From Octopus vulgaris (taxonomy: Eukaryota), in contig OX597820.1 of assembly GCA_951406725.2 (NCBI GenBank), positions 127,348,001 to 127,412,000 of the forward strand: a stretch of 64,000 nt of DNA. Reading direction: 5' to 3'. The position numbers and the translations under genes are program-made. This document shows positions 36,665 through 49,269 of this stretch, one piece after another. The first letter of the stretch is position 1. Every line of letters begins with the position of its first letter. The notes under the pieces were generated by a model. That model was given only the letters and a program-made list of their open reading frames with translations. It did not search any database and was not told the origin of the DNA.

Positions 36665-39114
36665 AATGAATCAATGTCATAATCTTGTGACTGAAAGAAG
36701 CTGGCTCGCCATTGAGTTATAAATATTGTTTATATTTTCAGCAAAATTGTGATTAAATATTTGAATTTATTTCTTTATTTACATTCTTTTCCTTTTCAGC
36801 TTGTATTTCTTTTTTTCTCCGTTTCAAAGAATTTACCTTTTTGTTGTTAACTAGTAAAGGTAGACCTATACTCTATATTAGAAAATTAATACAACACATA
36901 CAACTTCAGGGTACCTATAATATCAGGTTACATTGAATCTGCTGTTTCAGAAACAGTAATGTTCTGCTAATTACCCAACAGCAATTTAGTTTCATTTCTC
37001 ATGAAATTTATTTTACCATTTCTGGTTCCTTATGTAGGATCCATAGAGCTTATGGTACCAGGCTATGTCCTATTTTCCTGATGGTCAGGATAATCAATTC
37101 CTCCATGAATTTAATCTCTGACATGTATCTGAAGGCTAACTCCAATCACAGGTGCACACTCACCAGGTGTGAGACATGTTTGAGAGTCCCACAGGTAAGC
37201 TGAAATGACACAAGCCAAATTATTAAGATAACAGAGGTTCTTTGTGACAGAAAATTAATACCAGTTATATAATGAAGTTTATTCAGACTGTTACAGTCCT
37301 CTTATGAATGTGTGGCTTCATACCAATATATAAGTGGTAGGATTGATAAAGTACCAAACAAACTGATTTGCTGTATTTAGTTATCTTTTGACATTAAGTT
37401 CAAATTTTGCTAATGTCAGTTTTGTCTTCCACCTCATCAGAGTACATATTAGTATATCATACTAACTGTAAGTCTTCCCACCCAAATTTGACACCTTATG
37501 CTCATGTGAGAAATGTGTCAAAATCGGTAGAATGCCAAAGTGTTTAAAAGTAGTTATTAGTTTCCCTTCTTTGCATTCTGGTTTCAGATTTTACCAAAAT
37601 TTCTGAAGGGTCAATGTTATTTACCTCATCCCTAAAAGAAACGAGGACTAGCGCCTGTGTTATAAATAATTTTTATCATGTTAAAAATTATAATTATTAA
37701 AGTATTGAACTGGCAGAACCATTAGTTTCAGAAGAATGCTTTGTAGCATTAAGTACCAGTTGAGTACTGGGGTTGATGTAATCGACTAGTCCCTTCCCCC
37801 AAAGTTTCAGGCTTTGTGCCTATAGTAGAAAGGATTATTATTATTATTGTTATTGTTGTATTTTTATTGTTTTAATTTTTATTGTTTTAATTTTGAATCC
37901 TTCAGATTGTTTTAGCACACTTTAAATTCCCTATTTACTGCACTTCCCTCACTAAACCTTATTACTCTGGCAACTACTCTTTGCACTCTTAAGGAACAAT
38001 TGCAAGCTATGGGCATGAAAAGCCATTCTTATTTAGCTCATCATATAAAAGATAATAAAATAAACATCAAGAATGCATAGGTTTGGTTGTCTACTAAAAA
38101 TTCAAATTGCGTGTAGAAGTATCATCATTCTAGTTGAATTCTTAGGGATCACAACATTTAATATCAACTCTAACAACTCCAATAATAATTCATTTATATA
38201 AGGACCCAATTAATTTTGTGAAAAAAAGTCCCATACATGTTCTGTGTAAAACAGTCTTGCTGTAAAATAATTTTGGGTGCTAGAATTATTGGAGAATATG
38301 TGTGGGACTAATAATAATATTAAAGTTTTTGTATAATTATTAGAACACAAGAGACGCGAAGATCTGTGTTAGCAAGAGTGACCACAATAAAAAGTAACGT
38401 GTGATGTGTGGCAAAATCATTCGTATGTTGGACAAATTACTTAGTGGCATTTCTTCTGGATCTTTACATACTCAGTTCAAATTCTGCCAAGATTGACTTT
38501 GCTTTCATTCTCTCAGGGCTGATAAAATAAGTACTAGTTGAGCAGTGGGGTCGATATAATTGACTTATCTCTCCTTTAAACTTATTGGCCACATGCCAAA
38601 ATTTGAAATCATTATTGTACTATGAAGAGAGTAGTTACGTATATTTTGAGCAGAACCCTCCTACAGGGAAATTATGTAAGACTGGTTTCAGTCATGGGAC
38701 TATGGTTATGCTGTCACAACATCTTTTAAAGCATTTAAATTGATCGTATTGGCAACAGTACTTGTTTCAGCTTGATATATATATCAAATATATTAGATTC
38801 TTGACATAAAAGAACATAACTTGATGCATTGATAAAATTAACATAGACATCCAAACACACAGTTTCCATTTATAGTTACCAAATTCTACTCATGCAACGT
38901 TGGTCAACCCAAAGACGTAAGGCAAGACGCCAAAGTTAGTGTGGCATGCGATGAAATTGGAATCACATGGTTACAAAGGAAACTTCTTAATCACATGGCT
39001 GTCTCTACCTCCAAATGTTGATATATTTCATTCTCTACAATTCTACTGAACATGTTTTTTATCCTCTTGCAATTTTCACTGTTTGAACTCCCCATCTATT
39101 TTTTAGGGACTTTT

Positions 39115-39239
39115 AAATATCAAATTATTCTACAGCATAAATAAATATCTTTTATTTATATAACTTTTTTTTTATTAAAATAAAAAAAAGTTATATAAAT
39201 AAAAGATATTTATTTATGCTGTAGAATAATTTGATATTT
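39115..39239. repeat. near-perfect AT-rich palindrome (about 60-bp arms)
   Basis: aaatatcaaattattctacagcataaataaatatc... / ...gatatttatttatgctgtagaataatttgatattt. Confidence 0.9.
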
Positions 39240-39881
39240 TATGGAAATAACTTATAAGTCCCATTAGCATAATAAATCTCATTAAGAGACAGCATGCACA
39301 ATTAATTTCTCACAACTGTAGAATTAATGCGAGCAAAGTGTTACAAAGCTCATATTTTCCATGGGACAATTAACCTCATCTCCTCTGTTTCTATTCAACC
39401 TACAAACCAGTTGTCTTCAGGTCTGCTATTTCCCTTTCCTGATACGGATCCATCCATTTCTTTCTTTTTGTGTGTTATAATTTACTGGTAATTGGCATCC
39501 AGATTTTCTCCTTAAATTTTCCCCTTGCCTTCCTCTTCCACTTTGATTGTTGCCAATCAACTAATCCTAATCATTTCATTCTACATCCTTGGCTCTGACT
39601 ATTTTTTTTTTAATACATGTCATCTTTACATTGTTTATCCCATGAAAGAGATGATATTTGTTGTAGCAGTTTCTCTTACAACTGAATGTTCTTTATGCTG
39701 TCAGCCACAAGTGTAGAGAGGAGGGTGAATGATTTATCAGACTGATAAACAGGCAAACTTAACCAGGCTGTTATATATCTTATCTAAGAGAACAACATGA
39801 TAGCTGTTGCTTAAGAACTCTTGATTATGTGATAAGAAACTCAGCTCTCTTTGTCCTCAAAGCCATGTGTGTGTGTGCGTG

Positions 39882-39912
<31 letters not shown>

Positions 39913-40162
39913 ATATATATGGTGGTACTGTTTCTCAGTACCCTTATAATTATATCTATATAATTATATATCTATATTAATTCTTACCTATATGGTTTCT
40001 ATTACATGCTGGCCACTCATAAGATCATTTATTCATTTTCACACTTTCAACCTGTGCTAATGAAGTGTAAAATGATGTGGTCTTGGAGTCTTTTGACATT
40101 TATCTCTAGTATGTTGTTGTTTCTTGGTCCCCTTAATTATAATTATATATATATATATAATT

Positions 40163-40233
<71 letters not shown>

Positions 40234-40244
40234 TAAATAAATAG

Positions 40245-40467
40245 AATAATAACTCTAGAATGGAATTAATAAATATTTAATACATGCATTTCCACAAATC
40301 ACATGACTTCAACATCAGAGTCTGTATCCTTAGGACACTTACAGTATATCCCATAATATCCGTGGGTATCCCAAAGATACAGACTCTGATGTTAAAGTCC
40401 TGTGATTTGTGGGAATGCACATAGCGATGCATTGAATATTTATAAGTACCATCCTAGAATTATTATT
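40245..40467. repeat. imperfect hairpin element next to a TA microsatellite
   Basis: ccacaaatcacatgacttcaacatcagagtctgtatc vs gatacagactctgatgttaaagtcctgtgatttgtgg, with pairing extending outward on both sides. Confidence 0.8.
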
Positions 40468-40623
40468 ATTATTACTATATTTATCCTACATTATATCAGT
40501 ATAACCATGCCGCAACCCCCAACAAAACTGACTCCCTGGTCAGCATCATTAGACAGTAGCCTACATAATGAAATAGGGGCTTTATTTGCATATCATTAAC
40601 ATTACCATAAACAAATTTAAAAG

Positions 40624-40661
<38 letters not shown>

Positions 40662-41089
40662 ATATACATATATATATAAAATCCATCCTTATATTATGAT
40701 AAAATATCAATTTCAGCATAGAACAGGGCCTCATATTTTTCAAAGGCACAAACATGTAGTGTGTGAAATTACTACATGGCTACACACAAGTCCAGTCACT
40801 GAGTGCACACTCATCTTTGTATACATGTGCATGTGTGTGTGTATATATATATATATGCACACATATATGATGTGCCACTTGTGGACTGTTTATCATATAA
40901 TGCACAATATGATTCCTCTCTTTTAGTTGGTTTGAAGTATTTCTGTTGCAGACATGTTCATGCTCCACCACCACCACCACCACTGCCATAGATGCAGTGT
41001 AAATAGAAACACAAAGCTACAGAATCCAGGGGCAGACAGTTTTCAAATTCAGTTTCTTTTCTGATTTAAAAAATATAAAATTCTGTAGG

Positions 41090-41470
41090 CACAGGTGTGA
41101 TTATGTAGCAAGAAGTTTGCTTCCAACCGCATGGTTTCAACTTCTGTCCATGGTGTGCTAACAGTGCAAAACCCTGGGCTAGTGTCTTTTACCGTAGCCC
41201 TCGGCTGACCAAAGACTTGTGAGTAGATTTGACAGACAGAATCTGAAGGATTGTGTATGTGTGTGTGTGTGTGTGTGTGTTTACACACATACACAAGCAT
41301 GTGTGCCACCACCTCCACTGCTTGACACCCCATGTTTGTTTAACTTCCTGTAACAGAATGTGTACTAGGCTTAAAATGAATTAGTTTCAGGATTGATTTG
41401 TTTGACTTAAACCCTTTCAATGTGGCACCCCAGGATAGCCATAGGCCAGTGGCTGAAACAAGTAGAAGAT
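41090..41470 (+). mobile_element. SINE family B, decayed full-length copy
   Basis: Colinear with 56320-56706 from head to ctgaaacaagta tail. Confidence 0.7.
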
Positions 41471-42260
41471 AAGTTTTTCTTTATTTCTCCCCCCCCCCCC
41501 GTCCCTTTGCAGTTCCTATTATGTTTCCATTAGCCATTTCTTCAAGGTTAGCAAGAAGCACTGAAACAAATAAAAAAAAATGTATTTAAGATGCTTTTAC
41601 AAAGTGACCTTTTGATTACTATCCTTGTGTTATACCTATAGGTAATATACATTATTATTGTTGTAGATACTTAACTGGAGACAGGATGCTTTGCTCATTG
41701 CCAAGTGCAATAAATGATAGTAAGATCATTTTATGAAAACCTCTCATTGCTTCAGTATGTAAAAATCCAAAATTGCAAAAAGCAATTCATTCAGTGTGAT
41801 ATGGAAAGAAAAATGCATGTAAATTAGTTGGGGGAAAGAGAAAATGAAAAAGATCCACTACTTATATACTGAGACAAATATACTTCATGAGTTTTTTTGG
41901 AGACTGGATTACATATGATGTTACATGTAATACTTTCATTTTCATCTAATTAATCCCACAATCTGTAATCTAGATTTTGATGTTTCAACTTTTTAATTCA
42001 TCTTTACCTACACAACGGTATACACAAACAAGCTGCTTCTATTTTTCTATCTTTTTTAGAGCAGTTTTTTTTTTTTTTTGATTGCTCAATTTCCATGATT
42101 TCCCCCCCCCCCCATTGCTCTGTAAAAATGACAATGTTGCAGAAAATGAACAACTGCTATAATTTTTCCTGATTTCCTTGGATTTTTTGAAAACTTTTAT
42201 TGAAGTTTCTGTAGGATCCTCCCTTTGCACCAACTCATCTGATTGATATATTCATCATCC

Positions 42261-42452
42261 TCATTTAACGTCCGTTTTCCACACTAGCATGGCTTGGACG
42301 GTTCGACCGGGGTCTGGAAGCCATGGAGGCTGCACCAGGCTCTAGTCAGAAACACTGCCAAATCAGACTAGAGCCTGGTGCAGCCTCCATGGCTTCCAGA
42401 CCCCGGTCGAACCGTCCAACCCATGCTAGTGTGGAAAACGGACATTAAATGA
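42261..42452. repeat. fold-back duplication of a retroposon 3' segment
   Basis: 42261-42347 is a near-exact reverse complement of 42366-42452; 18-nt loop. Confidence 0.9.
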
Positions 42453-43495
42453 TGATATATATATATATATATATATATATAATGTGTGTGCACTACCCTG
42501 TGAGTATTGAGCATACATACAGAAGCATAAAATAAGTGAAATCTAGTGCTTTCTATAAGACCTGCATATTTTAGTTTCTTAAGTGGTTTAGGTACTTTAT
42601 CATCATCTTCTCCTGGTCTTCCCTATCTTTCATAAGACTCCTCTACTTTTATATCTATTTTCACAAAGCTCTCCATATCTTTCTCACTACATAGCCTCAG
42701 ACTGAACTGGTTTTAGATGACTCTGGTTCTGTTTTGTTTCTTACCATTTCTTTTGCTACCTCTACTATTAGTGATGCTACTCCAGCATGGCCAGCTTGAC
42801 GATTCAAACTAAATAGAGAACTGAAGAACCATTCATTGACAAGTTTCAATTGATGCTGTTTAATAAACGGGTTAACTTTTTTAAGTACATCAAAGGCACT
42901 GAATCCTTGACCATCCCATCTGAGGAGTATCTAATATTTTCTATCAAAGGTCCTTACTACTTTAACTATATGATTTAGGTATGACTCTTACTGCTTTCGG
43001 TAATTTTTATATAAATTCAACATAGAGGGTACTGTTTCAATTATGTATCTAAAAAGTGGAATTTGCTGTAAAGTGGGCAAAATTAGCTTCCTATTGGTTC
43101 TAGGGTTTTTAGGTTTTAACATGGCCCAGAGGTGTTCGAAAAATATCATTGTGTAAATAAGATCATTTCGCACCAAACGGTTTGAGAAACTCTAGTCAGA
43201 AGTTTTTCTGGTGAAGTTCATCAACTGCTTGCTATCGGAATGCTCGTCACTTATACATTGAAGTAACAGAAATGATCATGTCAGTGCAAATGCATTTCTC
43301 TCTATTCTGATTTCAAATCTCATATATGTCAACTTCATCTTTTTAACTCTCCAGGCAAGTGATATAAATATTTGTGATGTGCTGACATATGATTCATTTG
43401 ATTAGTCTTCATTCCTAATGAAATGTGTGGTTTTTGTACTAATCTAAGAAAAAACTATAAATTGCTACTAAGTGCAATCTGTAAGCTCTCTAGCT

Positions 43496-43610
43496 CAGGG
43501 ATGGGCAAATTGTGACCTGTGGCACTCTCTGAATGGCACTTCAACAACAAATTACCTTCGTTTTTTTTAAGTAATGCAGCCTGTTTCTCAAAAGGGGTTC
43601 CCTATGCCTG
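43496..43610. mobile_element. hAT-type MITE
   Basis: cagggatgggcaa...ttccctatgcctg with 8-bp flanks CTCTAGCT and CTCTAGGT (NTCTAGAN-type hAT target). Confidence 0.7.
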
Positions 43611-44647
43611 CTCTAGGTCCTCTACAGAGCTTATTTATTGTTGGAATGATTGAATCAATGAGTATTAAATATTTTGAGTATGGATACAGTACAGTACCAG
43701 TGTTGAGATTTTAACCAGACACCTTCCAGGAGTAATTCCATGCCATTTATAAATTCTGCAAGCCCTAACTCTCATTTTATTAGTTATACATATTGGAAGC
43801 TGAAGAACTGAGTTGAAATCCAGATCAGCTATGAAAATAGAATTCTTGAAGACTATTGAAAAATATTCCAATTAAAATTAATAACACTTATTAATCTTTA
43901 CTCTTGATACTTGATTAATCATTAAAAAAGTTAACACTTTATTGTTGTTGTCAATGTAGTCAGCTGGTGGTATTTTTAGAGCATCTGGAAAAAATGCTTT
44001 GCAGTTTTCTTTCTGTCTCTTTACATTCTAAATTCAAATCTCACCAAGATAAACTTTGCATTTTATCCTCTGGGGTTGATGGCATCAAAATCATTGATCT
44101 TCTAAATCAGAAATCCTTATTGTGCTTGTCACCATGGAAGAAGTGTTAACACTAATGGCTGAGTGGGGAACTACATATCTCTCATTTGTATTGTATCTCA
44201 TCTTTATAGCTCTTCTCATTTCTTAGATTTACAAGGTCAAATTTTTAGAGAATCTGATCTACTTTGAATTAACTCCATCCATCACAAAATTGCTCTCTTG
44301 CTTTCTTAATCATTAATATCCTTATGCTGTCACCTTAATCATCATCATCATCATCATCATCATTCAGTTTAGAAAGCGATTGACTACCATGAAAAAATTT
44401 GAAATTTAATTTTCCTACTTTGAGACTTTTAACTTTTATAGTTCAGCTTAATTTTATTTTTATTTTTTCTGCTTTTTTTCCACTCCCGTTCCACCAGCTT
44501 TAAGCATGGACTTTTTTTTCTAAAGGCCCTTAACTCTGAAAGTGTGTATATGTATGTCAGTGTGTGTGAACATTTCTCTCCTCATTCACTTTCCATTGTT
44601 GCCAGATCTAACAGTGTTGCTGTCATTCTCTGTTGATTTTCTTCTAG

Positions 44648-44664
44648 ATCAGAAAGAAAAGTCG
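44648..44664 (+). CDS. candidate 17-nt microexon
   Basis: CTAAC branch point at 44608-44612, TGC motif, ttttcttctAG, donor G|GTAAGG. Reads IRKKS(R) from phase 0 or (D)QKEKS from phase 1. Confidence 0.55.
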
Positions 44665-44800
44665 GTAAGGAAAGGCTTGAAAAATCTGATCAGTTCTCTA
44701 AAGGGCATTAGATTGTTGAATTATTTAAAATCTTCATTGATCTATTGCCTCTTATTAACAAAACATACAGTTGCTATGTTTCTTTTAGCCTCTCTCTCTC

Positions 44801-44831
<31 letters not shown>

Positions 44832-44934
44832 GTTCTTTGACTCCATTACTCCCAAATTTGCATGGTCTTTAATCTTGTTGCCGTTCTTCGTTCTCTTTCT
44901 ATGTAGAAACCGTACTGCCAGTCTTGCTTATTAA

Positions 44935-45206
44935 CCCTTTAAATGCACCAGCTGTCATGAGTTGGTTAATTTAGCCAAACAATGTTTCCGTTTCCAACAA
45001 AAGAAGTGTACACTGAAAGCTGTCACTTCTTTTTGATGAGGAAAATTCAAATAGATAGACTGTTGTTCTCTTCATTTATGCATGATATATGAAATGATGC
45101 AATTTGTTTAAGGGATAAATTCGATAATATCAACGTATTCAAGCCAAGAAAAACAAATGATTTCCATGAAATCTAAGATGTAACTAAGAAGTTACTACTT
45201 AAAGGG
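44935..45206. mobile_element. piggyBac-like MITE
   Basis: TTAA|ccctttaa...ttaaaggg|TTAA. Confidence 0.65.
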
Positions 45207-46223
45207 TTAATAGGTAGAGTTATAGTCTTTTCCTCTCCAAATTAAAGACCTCCACTCTCTGAAATTCTCCTTCCTTCTACAATACTTTCTGATCGCATGT
45301 CGGTTTTTTTTTTTTTTTTTTAAATGTCTTCCTGAATATTTAAAGAAAATTAAATGTTTAAAATCATTAATTTATTTTTATTTTCATCAATTGAATTTTA
45401 TTTATTAGTAAGTTATTTTTATTTTTTATTTTTTCACCTCCATCATCATGATAGTAAAAAAAATTACTCATCCTTTCATAGCAAAAACAAAAACTTATTT
45501 ATTTTTTATATTTAGTGAAGTTAAAAACACAAGACTTAAAAATTGATACAGAGTTAATTCAACTACAAAAATTTACTCACATTTAAAAAATTTTTTACAC
45601 AGATTATCTCACTTTCAAACTGCTTATTGAAATTAACGAAATATGTTTTATATATTTTGTCATCATATTGTCACTTTTTTTCTTCATAAAATTTGGAACC
45701 ACATAAAAAGAAAATGTACATTATTGTTTAAATGTAATGAAAAAAATTTGGTTATCATTTACACAGTTACATCTATGTTTTTTACTGAGTACCTGCGCAT
45801 CAATAATATAAACTTTCAGATCATATTTTAATTTACCTCTTTAAGTCTACCTGTCTGATAGTCCTCACACTTCACCGTTAATCTTACTCAAAAAAGAAAA
45901 CAAAATTAAATACTAAGTTAAATATACTATTTTATGTATAATAATTTCTTACTAATTTTCACTAAAATGTAAATAGCTATTAAAAACATTTACAATAATT
46001 TTTATAAATTATTTTACAAGTTTTAATTTTTAAAAATTAGTTTGTAGTAGCTAACATGTTTATATATTTTCTTAGATACTTTTTTTATTTATCCATTCAT
46101 TTATTTATTTTGTTTTCATTTTTCATAATCAATTCCAATATTTTACACACTATTTAGAATATTAAGAATGATAATTATTTTTTCCTCACTCTTACTCTGA
46201 CTCTCTCTCTCTCTCTCTCTTAG

Positions 46224-46230
46224 GAAAACT
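46224..46230 (+). CDS. candidate 7-nt microexon, phase 2-0
   Basis: CTGAC + (CT)n tract + tAG | GAAAACT | GTATGA. With the 17-nt exon it totals 24 nt and preserves frame (IRKKSRKT). Confidence 0.35.
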
Positions 46231-49200
46231 GTATGAGAGTAGCCATTCTGTTCTAGTGGCCACTCTTCAGAATCTCCTCCTCCCACTACTACTTTTTATT
46301 TACTCCTACTACCATCACTACAACAACAACAACAACCACTGTTTCTACTTCCATTACTCTACAACACATCTTGGCAACAATATGTTGCTCTATAGTGTAC
46401 GTATATATCCATATACACACTGCATCATGTCATGTGTTTGTTCTCAATGCAAACCTGAATTTTTTTGCTATTTGACTGCCATACTTTGCATGTCACGCCT
46501 GTTTCCTGCTCCCTTCCAGTTGTTGAAAAAAAAAGTTATGATTTTTTTTTTGTTTTTATTTTTTTTTTAATTTTTACCTTTTATCATTAGTGATAAATTG
46601 TTACCAAGCCTAGGTGGAAAAGGCCAGGTGAAAACATTTGTATAGTTGCACTAAACAATGGTGTTGAACAGTTGTGGTTGTGTGTTTGATTGCTGCTGTG
46701 CTCCTTCTTAATTCAAAAATCATGCATCCCAGTGCAGTATTTCAGATTAGTAATAGATCTAAGGGAGCTTTTATTAATTTATTTTTTATAATGAGGAGTA
46801 TTTTCTTGTATGTTTGTCCTATTAAGTTCTGCACCACTAGAAAACAGGTTTGTCACAAGTCATTGAGGAACCAGCTTGTTGTAGCAGCCAAACCTCTCTC
46901 TCTCTCAAAAAAGAAAAAAAAATAATAATAAAGAAACAAAGAAAAGGAATGGGGGGGACACATTTTATACTGTTTTTTAAAACAGGGACCACATGCATAT
47001 TTCTAAGTCCTTAATGTTAGAATAGCACATGCCACCATAAAAAGAAGATGGGTAAAGTTGTCTGAGGTTACTCAATAACAATATATTTGCTGTGAAATAT
47101 GTAGCCAGACATTTGCATGCTCCCCACCATATTTGTTTGAGATAGCTAGTCTTTTGCTGTGAGATAAACATTAACAATCAATTCACGACAGTTTTGATAT
47201 TGAAAAAAAATATATTTTGAGCTAGAAGTTATATGTAGTTATATCTGCTCTGTGTCTTCATTCTCAATATATTCCCTGTGTTTTTCTGTGACGAATACTG
47301 GTTTAAGGTACTTATCTTACATATGTATATTCATATTCAAAGTGGAGGAATTATTAAGGTGCTGTCGTATCAGCCATAGATGGTTCCTATGTTATCACCA
47401 TCAGTGCAATGTATCTGACAGCAGCACTTAATTAACCTTCAATGGTTTGGTCATTTTAGTACTGTTGAGAAGTAGAGTTCAGAAAACATAGTACAGTGTG
47501 AGTACCATGTGACTGAAATAACTTTTTGTTAGTTTTTATGTAGTGCCAAGTTTAAATTTACAATTTGGCTTGGAGAGAAGAGAATGGTATTTGTTCCAGA
47601 GTGTCATTTGGTGAATTATTTCCTAAAGACAAGGCATTCGGTAGTACTTCAACCATTCTACAGGTCACAGGACATTACATGTATATGAATATGCAGATTC
47701 TTGCAATCTCATTACAAAAAAATATATCCCAGATGATCCTTTGATTCAACCTTAAAGATAACTAGTTTTCTTTTTTTTTTATTTTGTACACATAAAAATA
47801 AACCAAAAAAATATTTTACTTCATAAAGGAAAAATATGTAAATCTTGTATAACTCTTTAACTGCATAATTAAATTTCATGGTCATTCCCATAATGATGTT
47901 AATTATGCATCAAAAATTAGAATTGATACTTTCTGTTACTGCGGGTTTTTATATCCACTTCTAAAAGTATTTGATTCTTGCTATGGAAAGAGATATTTGA
48001 TGAAATATGTGGGTGGTAGGGAATTTTTTTAATCTGAAAAATTGCCGTTTGTAAAGTGTCACTGAGGGTATCTCCACTTCTCACAGCTGAAGGGGAGGTT
48101 TTCACAAAGCTGTGGAGTAAAACCACTTTCTGCAGTTAAGATATAAAATTTTGAGTGGACATCTGCTTTCTCTGTTCAAAGGAATGTTAAATTAACATAT
48201 TTACTTACTTACCAGCCTACTTTGCAATGATTCATATTTTAAGTAATAATTTAAAACTCTGAATTAATTTATTGTTAGAAGTAAATATAATATTTAGGTT
48301 TGACCAAGATTCATGTTGACCCTTTTGATATTATTTCCTCTGAGATCACTTCTGGTTCTATGATATCAACTTCCTGTTGTAAAGTGATTTTAAAATCTTC
48401 CCTCAAAATTCCATTATAATTTATGTTCTAAACACCAGCTTCATAATGTCTAAGTTGTTTTGCTAAATTCTCCCTTATTCTCAAAATTAATTGAAACAAA
48501 TGTAGTGTATTTCTACAGAAATATGATTACCAAAAGGGTTAATCTGCTTTAACAAGAGTAAGTTCAACAAATGCTAAAACTGAAATATGCTGACAAGACT
48601 AAAACATATTTAATGTCAATTACAAGGTTCTTCATTCAAATATATAATCCATCTTTAATAACCCTGTCTAGAACATAAGATAATTCTTCTTCATGACCTA
48701 CCAGCTTTCCAGCTTTTGGAGCATTTTTATTCTAAATGAGTAGCAAATTGGCAGTCATTAGAATGTTGGTTACAATGTCTTGAGGTATATGTTCTGATTC
48801 TATCAGTTCTAAGTTCAAATCCTGCCAAGATCAGTTATGCTTGTCTATCTTTTCTAGGTTGATAAAAACATAGTACCAGTTTCGAGCAGTGGATTGGTCA
48901 AATTGTTAGAGCATCAGATTGGATATCATGTGGTATCTGTTCTGGCTCTTGCATTCTCAGTTCATATTCTGCCCTATCATTGGAAAATGCTCAACTGGAT
49001 TTGAAACTGACAAATTGTATAAGCAATCTGAAAACCCAGTGGTAGCATAGTTTACCTGGTCTGATTGCCACAACCACCATTGCTACAAATAATGTGATTA
49101 TAAGATTGTTCAATTCCCTAAGATCTTCCTCTCAAATTCATAATATTTGTCTGGTGCAATTCTTTAGTTTGGTCAAAAATACCTTGCCCAACACATCCAA

Positions 49201-49235
49201 CAATGGAATGCTTTTTTGGTAACCTTTATACCATG

Positions 49236-49269
<34 letters not shown>

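Noticed and set aside
35197-36859. Further tiny AG...GT units (15 nt at 35197-35211, 3 nt at 36800-36802, 5 nt at 36855-36859)
   Set aside because: Weak donors; such patterns are expected by chance in pyrimidine-rich intron sequence.
47345-47435. Imperfect hairpin (ttaaggtgctgtc...gacagcagcacttaa)
   Set aside because: Pairing is too interrupted to call a structured RNA without folding or conservation data.
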